DNA of 64,000 nt from the human T2T-CHM13v2.0 reference genome, Homo sapiens. Made by a program: the position numbers and the translations under genes. The stretch is taken from the NCBI RefSeq assembly GCF_009914755.1, contig NC_060929.1, one strand, 5' to 3'. The notes beneath the pieces are model-generated. The model ran no database searches, was not told the origin of the DNA, and worked only from the letters and a program-made list of their open reading frames with translations. This document shows, one piece after another, positions 16,581 through 32,456 of the stretch; within the stretch, counting starts at the first letter, position 1; every line of letters starts with the position of its first letter.

Positions 16581-19349
16581 GTAGGTTTTTAAAAAGAATT
16601 ATCCATCATAGTAATAAATTGATTCAAGGAAGAATTACCAATGCATGCATTGGATAACATTTGAGAATGGATGATATATTTACATGATCTCAGGATATGT
16701 CCCACGTATTACTTATTAGTTTCAAAGAAAAAAAATATTAACTTTACAATGGAGAAACCAGGTGAACACCTCAACCAAGATCAACATTGACATCATCAAT
16801 AATGGTACAAACTGACATTTATGTGCCTCCTGATGTGAGGCACTAAGAAAGATACAATTAGTAAGCATTCAGCACTCCTGAAAAAACCATAAAACTTGTA
16901 TTGCATATCATGAGAAAACAATCAGTTAAACTCAAATTGAGGAATATTGTTTAAAAAATGACTGGTCTGTGTACTCTACAATGTCACTGTCACAAAAGAA
17001 ACAGAAAGGCCAAAATAGTCTGGCAGAATAAAGAATTAGTCTGAAGGCTATAAGGGAGTTTTCATGGACAATTGTTAAAATTTGAATTTAGACTATATAT
17101 TAGATAATAATATTATATCAACGTTAAAATTATTGAATTGATAATTATACAGCGCATCACATAAAATGTCCTTCTTGAAGAGTGATGTCTGCAAAATGCA
17201 ACTAGAAGTCCCAGCCCTCATACCCCCACAGAAACACTGTTTCAAGAACAATATGTGGACCAAAATACCTTTATGAAAATACAAAAATATTGCAGTACCC
17301 CAGGTGAGGCCAAAGCCAAAGCTTTACCCATTGAAAAGGGTAAGGAGCAATTCACTTTGCTCTTCTTGCATCAGCTACCTGCCTGAGCCAGTCCAGCTCA
17401 GCACCAAGAGAGAATGCCCTGGCATATGGTTTGTTTCTCGGGGGAAAGTTAGAGTGAAATATGCCTCCAATATTCCAGGTTTTGGAGGGCAGCTTGAAGT
17501 AGTCCTTTCTGTATTGCCTCACACAAAGCTCTGAGGGAAGCAGCATAGTTTGATAGTTTGGATACCTGGATACTACTGAGAACACAGGAAATTTGCAAGT
17601 GGATTGCTGTCATCAGTATAACTCAGCATGAATGGGGAAGGCAGACAATCTGAGGCCTCCACAGGGAGGGTGAAAAGTAGAGTATACATCCAGCATCCTG
17701 GCTCTTCAGTGGTCTGCCTGATGGACTGTTTGTTAAAAGTAAAAGTTGGAAAAAGATATTCTATACACTAGTACCCAAAAGAGCAGGGATGGCCATGCTT
17801 ATGTCAGACAAAAGAGACTTAAGTTGAAAACTGTCAAAGGTCACAAAGGACATTATATAATGATAAAAAGATCAAGTCACTAGGAAGATATAATAAATAT
17901 AATTATATGTGTGTGTGTATTTATATATGTATTTGTGTATGTGTAGCAAATATCAGAAAATCTATCTATATGAAGCAAACTTTAACAACATTAAAGAATA
18001 AATAAACAGAAACACAATAAGAGTAGGTAATTTCAATGCCTACTTTCAATAATAGACAGTCTATCTAGGCAGAAAATTAATGAGAATACAAAGGACTTGA
18101 ACAGCACTATATACCAAATGTACTGAACAGACATACACAGACCAGTCCATCCAACAGCAGGAGAATACCCATTCTTCTCAAGCACACATGGAACATTATC
18201 CAGGATAGATCACATGTTAGTTCACAAAACAAGTATTAAAAAATTTAGGAAGACTGAAATCAAACCAAGCATAACTTCTGACCAAATAATTGAATTAAAC
18301 TAAATAAATAGCAGAAGGAAAATGGGAAAATTCACAAACACGTAGAAATGAAAGAAGATACCCTTGAACAACAGCTGGTCTAAAAAGGAATAAATAGGCA
18401 AATTAGAAAATATATTAAGAAGAGTAAAAATGAAAACACAACATACAAAAACTAATGGGAGGCAGTAAAAGCAGTACCAAAAGGGAAATTCAGGGTGACG
18501 AATGCCTGCATTAAAAAAGGGATATTTCAGTAAACAACTTAACTTTACACTTCAGAGAACTAGAAAAAGAAAGACAAGCTAAGCTCAATGTGGGCAAAAG
18601 GGGAAAAAAGTAGATGTTAGAACAGAAATAAACAAAATAGAGCACAGAAAAGCAATTTTAAAAATCATTGAAACTAAATCGTTCTTTTAAATATCAATAA
18701 AATTTATAAACTGTTCAACAGATTAAGAAAAATAAGAAAAGGCTCAAATAAATAAAAATAAAACTAGAGACATTACAATTGATGCAACAGAAATTAAAAG
18801 TATAAGAGAATATTATGAACAATTTATTCTAACAAATTAGATAATGATAGAAGAAAATGACAAATTCCTGAAAAAATAAATATACCAGATTACTCATGAA
18901 GAAATAGAAAATCTGAACATACCTATAACTAGTAAGAAGATTGAATTCATAATAAAAACCTTCCAACAACAATAACAAAAAAGCCGAACATCAAATGACT
19001 TCCCTGGTTCTACCAAGCATTTAAAGAATTAACACTAATGTCTCTCAAACTTTTCCAAAACATTAGATAGAAAGAAACATTTAAATCAATTTTATGAGAC
19101 TAACATGACCCTGATACCAAAACTGGAAAAAAGATACTGCAAGAAATGAAAACTACAGGACAATATCCTTGATGAATAAAAATATTCAACACAATACCAA
19201 CAAAACAAATTCAATGGTTTGTGAAAAGAAATATACTCCATGAACAAGTGAGATTTATACCAGAAGAGTCAAGAATGGTTCAAAATATGAAATATTAGTA
19301 GCTGTGAAACTTTTTGTTATATTAACAGAAAGAAGGATAAAAATCAGAT

Positions 19350-21325
<1,976 letters not shown>

Positions 21326-22468
21326 TAATCATATGACCATCTCTATGGCTTTATAAAATTACTGGACAAAATCCATCATCCTCTTCTCATAAAAATAGTC
21401 AACAAAGTAGGAATAGAAGGAAATAATTTCAACATAACAAAGGCCACATATAAAATTTCAAAGCTAACATCACATTCAATGGTGAAAAGCTGAAAGATTC
21501 CTCTAAGATCAGGAACAAACCAAGTAAGCCCACTTTTGCTGCTTCTATTAAACATAGTTCTGAAAGTACTAATCAGAGTAATTGGGCAAGAAAAAAACAT
21601 AAAAACATCCAAATTGGAAAGAAAGGAGTAAAATTATCTCAATTCACAGATGGCATGACCTTATATGTAGACTCTACAATAAACATTTTAGAAATTAATA
21701 AATTCAGCAAAGTTGTAAGACACAAAATCAACATACAGAAATAAGTTGCATTTCTATCAATTACCAACAAATAATCCAAAAAGGAAATTGAGAAAATAAT
21801 CCCATTTACAATAGAATTAAACAGAATAAAATATTTAGAAATAAACTTAACCAAGGAGGTGAAAGAGACACCAAACTCTACAAAACATTGCTTAAAGAAA
21901 CTAAAGAAGACACAAATAAATGGAAAGGCTTTCCACATGAATGGATTGGAAGACTTAATATTGTGAAAATGTCCATAATACCAAAAATGATCTACAGATT
22001 CAATGTAATCCCTATCAAAATCACACTAGCATTTTTAACATAAATAGTAATATTAAAAATAGTAAAAATTTTTAATTCATATGGAGCCAGAAAAGAAGCT
22101 CGAATAGTCAAAATAACCTTCAAAAAGAACAAAATGAGAGATCTCACAATTTCTAATTTCAAAACATATGACGAATCTATGGTATTCAAACAGTATAGGA
22201 CTGGCATTAAAGCAGACATACAGACTAATGGAACAGAATATAGAGCCAGAAATAAAGTCACACATATGAGATCAAATGATCTTCAACAATGTTGCCAAGA
22301 CTACACAATGGGTAGGGAAAGTCTCTCCAAAAGGCAATGGAAAAACTTGATATCCACATGCAAAAGAAGGAAAAGATTTTTGTATCAACTCGAAATGGAT
22401 TGAGGACTTTAACAGAGGACCTAAAACTATAACACTCATACAAGCAAACAGAGAAAAGGCTGCATAAC

Positions 22469-22672
22469 TATATTAGTCAGGGTTCCCTAGAGGGACAGAT
22501 GTGTGTGTCTAATAGGATAGATGTGTGTGTGTGTCTGTGTGTGTGTATTTTAAGGGGAGTTTATTAAATATTAACTTACACAATCACAAGGTTCTCCAAT
22601 AGGCTGTCTGCAAGCTTGAGGAGAAAGGAGAGCCAGTCTGTCTCAAAACTGAAGAACTCGGAGTCTAATGTT
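22469..22672 (-). mobile_element. MLT2A (HERV-L) LTR, 3'-terminal ~200 bp only
   Basis: 'tatattagtcagggttccctagagggacaga...aataggatag...aaggggagtttatta...acaatcacaagg...aaaactgaagaactcggagtc' is the reverse complement of the MLT2A 3' end; minus-strand AATAAA at 22560-22565. Confidence 0.88.
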
Positions 22673-22897
22673 TCAAGACGGGTTGGGTGGGTACCCCACA
22701 CTGCCGCTGACGCCTTGCGCTCACTCCGCCATTCGCGTGCGTGGCTGAGAGACCCCCGGCCCCACTGCGTGACCCACCCATGTCGCACTGGGGACAGTTC
22801 GCCCCCCGCCTGTGAGCACGTTGGCCCTCACCCTCTTTGTGCCACCGTGGCTTTTGTGTTAGCCCCTAACTTGCTCAAGTGTTAGACTTCTTGGTCC
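22669..22897 (-). pseudogene. 28S rRNA fragment (3' end of D2 expansion segment plus adjacent core), circularly permuted
   Basis: Reverse complements match 28S landmarks ACCCACCCGACCCGTCTTGAAACA and CTGTCCCCAGTGCG (22669-22810), and GGACCAAGGAGTCTAACAC...CGTGGCGCAATGAAGGTGAAGGCC (22811-22897). Confidence 0.9.
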
Positions 22898-23998
22898 AGA
22901 AGTAAATAATTGAAGTTTGGGAACATCCGCCTAGATTTCAGAAGAAGTCCGGAAACACCTGGATGCCCAGGCAAAAGTTTGCTGCAGGGGCAGGGCCCTC
23001 ATGGAGAGCCACTGCTAGGGCAGTGCGGAAGGGAATGCAGGGCCAGAGCCCCCACACAGAGTCTCCACTGGGGCACTGCTTAGTGGAACTGCGAGGAGAG
23101 GGCCATCGTCTGCAGCACCCCAGAATGGTACATTCATTGAAACCTTGCACCATGCGCCTGAAAAAGCTGCAGACACTCAACGCCAGCCAGTGAAAGCAGC
23201 CAGAAGGGATTCTGTACCCTGCAAAGCCACAGGGGCAGAGCTGCCCAAGACCATGGGAACCCACCTTTTGCATCAGCCCGACCGGGATGTGAGACCTGGA
23301 GTCAAAGCAGATCATTGTGGAGCTTTAAAATTTGACTGCCCCGCTGGATTTTGGACTTGCATGGGTCCTATAACCCCTTTTTTTGGCCACTTTCTCCCAT
23401 TTGGAATGGCTTTATTTACCCAATACCTGTACCCCCACTGTATCTAGGATGTAATTAGCTTGCTTTTGATTTTACAGGCTCATAGGTGGAAGGACTTGCC
23501 ATGTCCCTTTGACATGGCAAAGATGAGACTTTGGACTGTGGACTTTGGGTTAATGCTGAAATGAGTTAAGACTTTGGGGGAAGGTTGGGAAGGCATGATT
23601 GGTTTTGAAATGTGAGGACATGAGAGTTGGAGGGGCCAGGGCCAGAATGGTATGGTTTGGCTGTGTCCCCACCCAAATCTCAACTTGGATTGTATCTCCC
23701 AGAATTCCCATGTGTTGTGGGAGGGACCCAGGAGGAGGTAATTGAATCATGAGGGCTGATCTTTCCCATGCTATTCTCGTGATAGTGAATAAGTCTCATG
23801 AGAGCTGATGCGTTTAGCAGGGGTTTCCCCTTTTGCTTCTTCATTTTTCTCTTGTGGCTGCCATGTAAGAAGTACCATTTGCCTCCCTCCATGATTCTGA
23901 GACCTCCCCAGCCATGTGGACTGTAAGTCCAATTACACCTCTTTTTGTTCCCAGTTTCGGTTATGTCTTTATCAACAGCATGAAAACAGACTAATACA
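22898..23998 (+). mobile_element. THE1A MaLR: 3' part of internal region plus complete 3' LTR (23648-23998)
   Basis: THE1-int 'gtttgggaacatccgcctagatttcag...'; LTR from 'tggtatggtttggctgtgtccccacccaaatctcaac' to 'ctttttgttcccagtttcgg...gactaataca'. Confidence 0.9.
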
Positions 23999-24444
23999 AT
24001 AACATTGGTCTTAGTAATGATTTCTTGGGCATCACACCAAAAGCACAGGCAACAAATGGGGAAATAGACAAGTGAGACTACATTAAATTGAAAAGCTTTT
24101 ACATAGCAAAAAGAAAAAGACAAGAAATCAACAAATGGAAAAGGCAACTTAGAGAGTGAGAAAATGTTTACAAAAAAACTATTAAAAATTTAATAGTATT
24201 CAATACATTCAAGGAACTCATATAACTGAATAGTAAAAAAAAAAAAAAAGTAAAAACAGAAAAGTACTTGAATAGACATTTCTCCAAAAAAAGGTTTAAA
24301 AAGTGCCCAAAATGTGTATGAAAAGGTGCTTAAGATAACTAATAATATAAGCAATACAAATCAAAACTACAATATATCACCATCTCATGCCTGTTAGAAT
24401 AGATATTATTTAAATTAAAAACAAAAGCAAAAACAAAAATAGAA

Positions 24445-24744
<300 letters not shown>

Positions 24745-25956
24745 CTAGAAATAAACATGTGTTGGCAAGGGTGTGGAGAAATTAGAACTCTTATGCAATG
24801 TTGATGGGAATATAAAATGGTTCAGGTGCTATGGAAATCAGTTTAGAGTTTCTTCCAAAAATTAAAAATAGAACTACCATGTGATACAGCAATTTCATTT
24901 TTGAATATTTATCTAAAATAATTAAAATTGGGATCTCAAAGGGATATTTGAACTTCCATCTTCATTGCAATGTTATTCTCAATACACAAGAGGTGGGAAC
25001 AATCTAAATGTTCATTGATGGATGAATGGATAAAGAAAATGTGGTATATAAACACAAACGAATATTACTCATCTATTAAAAAGAAGGAAATTCTTTTACA
25101 TACTACAACATAGAACAACCCTGAGGACACTGTGCTAAGTGAAATAAGTCATCGATAGATGGATAAATACTATATGATTCCATTTACATGGGGTATCTAA
25201 AATAGTTGAACTCATAGAAACAGAAAGTAGAATGGTGGTTTCTGGGTGCCGGGAAGAGGAGAGGTGCTGGGTATACAGTTTCAGTCATGCAAGATGGAAG
25301 AGTTTAAAGATTGTTTGTAGTTCATTTTATTTACAGTTTACAATACCATACTGTGCACTTAAAAGGTTGTTTTGAGGATAAATTTTATGTTGTATATTTT
25401 TGCCACAAATTTAAAAAATAAATACAAATTTGATTTTGGAACTTAAAAAAGAGAAAAGAAAATGTCTTTCTTAGAAAATACCTAGTAAAATATTTAGGAG
25501 TAAAGAGACATAATTTCGGTGACATGCTATCAAATGGTTCAACAATTAAATTAAATACCACTAATGTCTGTATGTGTGTGTGTGCACATGTGTGAAGAAA
25601 GAGATAATGATATAATAAGTGTGACAAAATTTTAATAATTAGAGAATTTAGGTGAAATATCTATGAGAGATAGTTGCATTACCTTTATAACTTTTCTGTG
25701 AGTTTTATTTATTTTTTCCAAACTAAGAAGTTAAATTCATGTTCTAAATACTGATATCTTGAGTCTACTTCTTGGTTTTGTCACTTAGGATGTGACATTG
25801 GGGAATTTATTTAAATTATTTAAACCTCAGATTTCTAATCTATAAAATAAAAGTAATATTGTACTGTCCTTTCAGTGTTGTGAGTAGTACATGAGACACT
25901 ATCAATAAATCTTTCATTGTATTGGGAATTAACAATCTCTCAAAAATACTAGCTGA

Positions 25957-26080
25957 AGCTGAACTCGGTGGTGCACACCTATAGCACTGACTAGTCAAAA
26001 TGCTGAAGCTGGTACATAGCTTGAGCTCAGGAGTTTGAGACCAGCCTGGACAATAGTGATATACTGTCTAAAAAACAAAA
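25957..26080 (+). mobile_element. FLAM-like Alu monomer
   Basis: Single diverged left-arm-like unit 'gcttgagctcaggagtttgagaccagcctgg' with a short A tail. Confidence 0.65.
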
Positions 26081-28419
26081 TTAGTTGTCATTAATGACAT
26101 TTTAATGTTAATCTATTATAAAACAGTAATCCATCAACATGAAGTATTTAAAATAAACAATTGAAAATTTTAAATTTGTATAGTAATTGCCACATATGCA
26201 AATATCTATGTAGTGTTTACTAGTTGATCAGCTTCAGCTATTACTAAAAATAAGTCAGATGACATACTCGACATATCAAGTCAACCTCTATAACTCATTA
26301 ACATGGGTCTCCAGTTAGTGTCTGAATTTCCTCATCAAGTCTTGGTCGATCGAGTACTAAAGGTTTCTGTTTATTATTAACAAATAAACTGCTGATATTC
26401 TGTGTTTCAGATATTTCCTCAGTGAATGGACATGAGATCAGAATAGAGAAAAAGGAAAAGAAATTGGCACTTTGATTAGTTAGCTTGTCACAAATTATTC
26501 TGTCACTGCCGTAAATTTTCTTGCAATTTGAACTGCAACCTTCATAGATTTCAGAACCGGTTTCTTGAGAACAAGTGAGATACTTTGGACTGCACTAGTG
26601 AAATTAGAACAGATATTCACCAAATGGTGCAAATACAACATGGAAGAATTCTTGCACATTACACTAGTAATGAAATATGTATTTCTTTGTTTTCCTTTGA
26701 CAATACAGAAACTATTTTGGCAGGAAGCAATGCACACATTTGTATGCAGAGGTATATAAAACGCTCTGCCTTAGAGACTGGGACTCTGGGTAGGACAGAA
26801 TCTACCCAGTCTGCTTAGAAAGGGCTGCGGGTTGGAACCATGAATTGACATCTCTGATTTAGTCCCTTAGCTGGAAACATTTATAATTTAGATGGAAAAG
26901 TAGGCCATAATATTAATCACAAACAATAGCAGGATTTTGAGCTATGAGGAAAGCAACTATGAAACTACTTTATACTACTATATAATATAAACGAGGAATT
27001 GTCCTGAAACGTCACCCAAGAATTACATGTACCTTCCTCCCCAGTGAAAGTTAAATCTCTGGAGGTCAGAGGTGCACTTGGTAGTCATTTTATTATCTTT
27101 TGTAGCTCTTAGTAGAGTGCCTGACATACGTTAGGCATTCAATAAATACAGTTTGAATGAACAAAAAACAAGTGGAATTTCAGAGTAGACAATGATGTGA
27201 GGTGAGAAATTTTCAGAAATATGAGGAAATTTGTTTAGTAACCAAGGTTGACTGGGAAGACAAGTTCTGCGTAGGAGCCTGACCAAGTTTAGCTCCTCTA
27301 ATTGTAACTTCATTTCACCATTTCATTCTTTTTCCTATTCATGAATGTGAATTGATATAATCTCAACAAAAATGTATGTTGACCTTGTCCCATATATTTG
27401 TGATTTTGGAAGGTTCGTTTGCACTCTCCAATGACACTCTTAACAAGTATAGTTCACAAAGGAAGACCTACACCACAAAACCGTGTGGAAAATTGTACTG
27501 GTGTACTACTAAACACAATACCAGAAATATATCCCTGTTACTATTGCTAGCAATAGGTGAATAATGTGTTTATAAATGTAGCTTTAAATACTAAAATGAG
27601 TACTCTTTCTCTTTATATAAAAATATGCGATATTATTCTATATAAAATATGCCACATTCTTTCCAAAAATGTTCTTAAATTTAGTGGCATTCAACACATA
27701 TATATGTTAGATATTAGAATCCTTTTTCCAATTTAGACAAGTCTACTTCATGTTTTTTAAAAATTTCCTTAAGTATTTTAATGAAAGCCATACTAATTTA
27801 TGACTTTCATTTTTGGGTTTGAAGCCTACTTCATTATTTTATACATAGTAGCTTTCAAATAAATGTAGATTATTTTATATCTTGCATGCAATTGATCTAG
27901 TTTGAATGGTTTTTAGTTTTCCATTTGTACAATATTTTAAAAACTAAGCAGCTACTCTGTATTAATTCACCTTGTCTTTGCATATATACATGCAAATGAG
28001 GAAATGATGTATGTATACATATATATATATACAGTGACAGACCAATTAATATTTATGAACCAAATTCGCAATGATTCTGCACAATAGTCCATCCCAGAAA
28101 ACAATGGTTTCATTTTATACTTATTCTAAAATTGATTTTTTGTTATTTTATGAGCTGAGTTACTAAGTCCCCTGAATATTTTTTTATTAACTGTAGTGAA
28201 AAACATTAGTTTCAAACATCCAGCAGGTGGTTCCAAACTTAAGTTTCTGCTATTAAATGGCATAGAACAGCATTAAAAACATAAAATAATACATCCTGAT
28301 TTTCACTGGGTTGATCAAAATGGAGGAAAGCATTGAATCACTGAAGTTCTCTTTATTGAGCTTCCAGATTATCTTCCTTATGAAGATTTTGACAACATTT
28401 TTGCAGAGAATTTTATTAA

Positions 28420-28794
<375 letters not shown>

Positions 28795-31148
28795 TAATGT
28801 TTATCTTCTGCTTAAATGCATTCTGCTGTGAAAACCGGTAACTAGCATTCAGAAAGTGTTTCCATACTGCACAGCAAATAGTGAACTACTCACCTGATTT
28901 CCATTTCCTTTGTCTTCCTCTAACATCATTATTTCATTTGTTATACTTAGAAATCAACATCCCTAATTGTTTCTCTTCCTGCTTCTCTGGCATTTAATGA
29001 GCAATGATGATACAGACTGTTGTGTTGGCAAAATTCAGTTTACTGGATCACAAACATGTCAAAAATAATATAATCCTGAATTGATGTTGTAGCAAACACA
29101 GTTCACGCCCCTCCTAATTCCCTTGGCACTGAGGAACCCCGGTCTTTCCCTGTATTGCTTCATATCCTAATACTATTAGCTGTGGTCAAGAGCCATACTT
29201 TGTCACAGCCTCCTTCTCACCCACCTTAGTGGGAATTGTAGCAATTCCAGTGCCTGGCAAGTCCTGTTCTGAGCTTCATTGCAGCTGCCTGGGAGTGGTT
29301 GAGAGGGCTGGGCAACATAATCTTCAGATACAGGAGAGTTAACATTGCTCAATGAGAGACAAAATACAAGAAGATAAACTATTCAAGGTTTCAAGGATCC
29401 CGCAAACACTCTGTAAAGACATAACCTGCGACCTAGGAGCAAGTCTTTCTTATGTCAGGATGCTAGCCAGTTTGCAAGCACCATCTTTTATTTGCTTTTT
29501 CTCCTATTCTACTTCACTTCCCTTTATTCTCTATAAAGCATTGAACACAAGCTTTACCCCCATTTTTCTGTGGAGACCACAAGCTGATACCTATGTAGAA
29601 TATTTTTAAAACAGAGTTCATGTGGCTGAAGTAAGATTTCTAAAATCTTTGCACATTTATAAGATTATAGACCCATGCCATTTATATCACTTTCTGAGGA
29701 TGATTTCACTGTCACATTTTATTACATGCATGACCCGAAGGTAGTGATTTTTGTCTTTCATATAACCAATAAATGGTAGTACAGGGATTTAAAGTAGCAT
29801 AAGTTGGCAACCAATTAGATGTAGATGTAGGGTCTCAAAAAGTTGAGGATAGCCCTGAAGTTTTTAGTCTGAGGGATTATAAAAAAATAATTACACCAAA
29901 AAACTTTGAGTATAAAAATACTTGGGGGAAAGATGATAATCTGGCTGACTCCCTGTACTGTGAAATGCTCCTTAATTCTCATCATATTTTAATCATGTTT
30001 CCTGTTCTTGGGGAATTTAAAATGTAGAAATATCAAATTATGGTTGTAAATTCTTCTCAACCCAAATCTCTGTGTCCCTTCCTTGAAATTCACCTTGCTA
30101 CCAAAGGAAATTACCTGTAAGAAAATACTTTTCAAAAACAACTTCAGAACAGTGAAAGAATAGCCCATTAAACTGGCCTGAAGGTCAGTCACTTCTGCCC
30201 TACGGGAAGTGGTCAACTGGTAAAAAGTCCTCTGCAGGGTCTTCAAAATGAACTGGTGATGGGGAAAACTCTATAATATGCCCATACTCAAAAATGGGAA
30301 GTCAAGTCTCTTTAAATTCCAGAAAGAATTACTATCCTTAAGAATGTATAACAAGAAGGATAAAACCAGTGAGTTAACACCTCGGTGTTGTATAATATTG
30401 TTTTGAGCATAGAATAAAAAAATAGGAGTAGAATAAATATTTTTCGCTGGTCTCTAGATTTCTTTGTATCCTAAAATTTCTACCTTATTGTTTAAAAAAT
30501 TCACCTCTGATTTTGTCAAGCATCCCTCAGAGATAATCAGTTCTACTATGGGCATAGTAAATTTGAATTACCCGATGTAATCATTTTTAACCTAATATTT
30601 TACACATACAGCATAAATATTATTATCATTAGGAGACTGATGCTTACTGATAGTAATTCGCTCCAAATTTTGTAGTTTAAAAAGAATTAAAACTAAATCT
30701 GTCTACATTCTTTTTCTCCTATACCACAATGAATCAATGCTTACTTGTTAAGTATATAAACTCATTAATTATTTAAATAATGACTACAAGATAAGGGTCA
30801 TCTAGTTATTGTGTGAAAAGTCACTGATTGAATGCACCCTTTAGTATATATGAAAATGGACACATAAGCAATCCCTTTAACTGCAGAATTGATATGATTG
30901 CAATTACTAAAAGTTATTGCTGAAGTGCATAGTCCACACGGTATCATTCTGCATTTATATTAAAAAATACTATACATTCATTCTAGTGGTACTATTTCTT
31001 TGTGAAAACTACCTTGATTCATGTTCAACCACAATTAAAAATGTTTACTAAGGAATTGTTTCCCTAGCAGCATTTACCATGTGCATACAGTCCTGCCTGT
31101 CTTCTTTTGAATCCAACAACTCTTTTAATCCAACAACCCAGCTCCTTT

Positions 31149-32456
<1,308 letters not shown>

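Larger units (their letters stand above)
15770..17176 (+). mobile_element. L1MC-type 3' region (resumes ~25459-25740), containing a TA microsatellite and an MLT1 LTR
   Basis: 'gattccttggagaagtggctaattctaggactagggcag' and 'aaactgacattt..gtgcctcctgatgtga' L1MC 3' motifs; continues after the nested L1M. Confidence 0.65.

Noticed and set aside
28220-28232. CTCF-like motif ccagcaggtggtt
   Set aside because: Mismatch at the conserved GGC position and no supporting context
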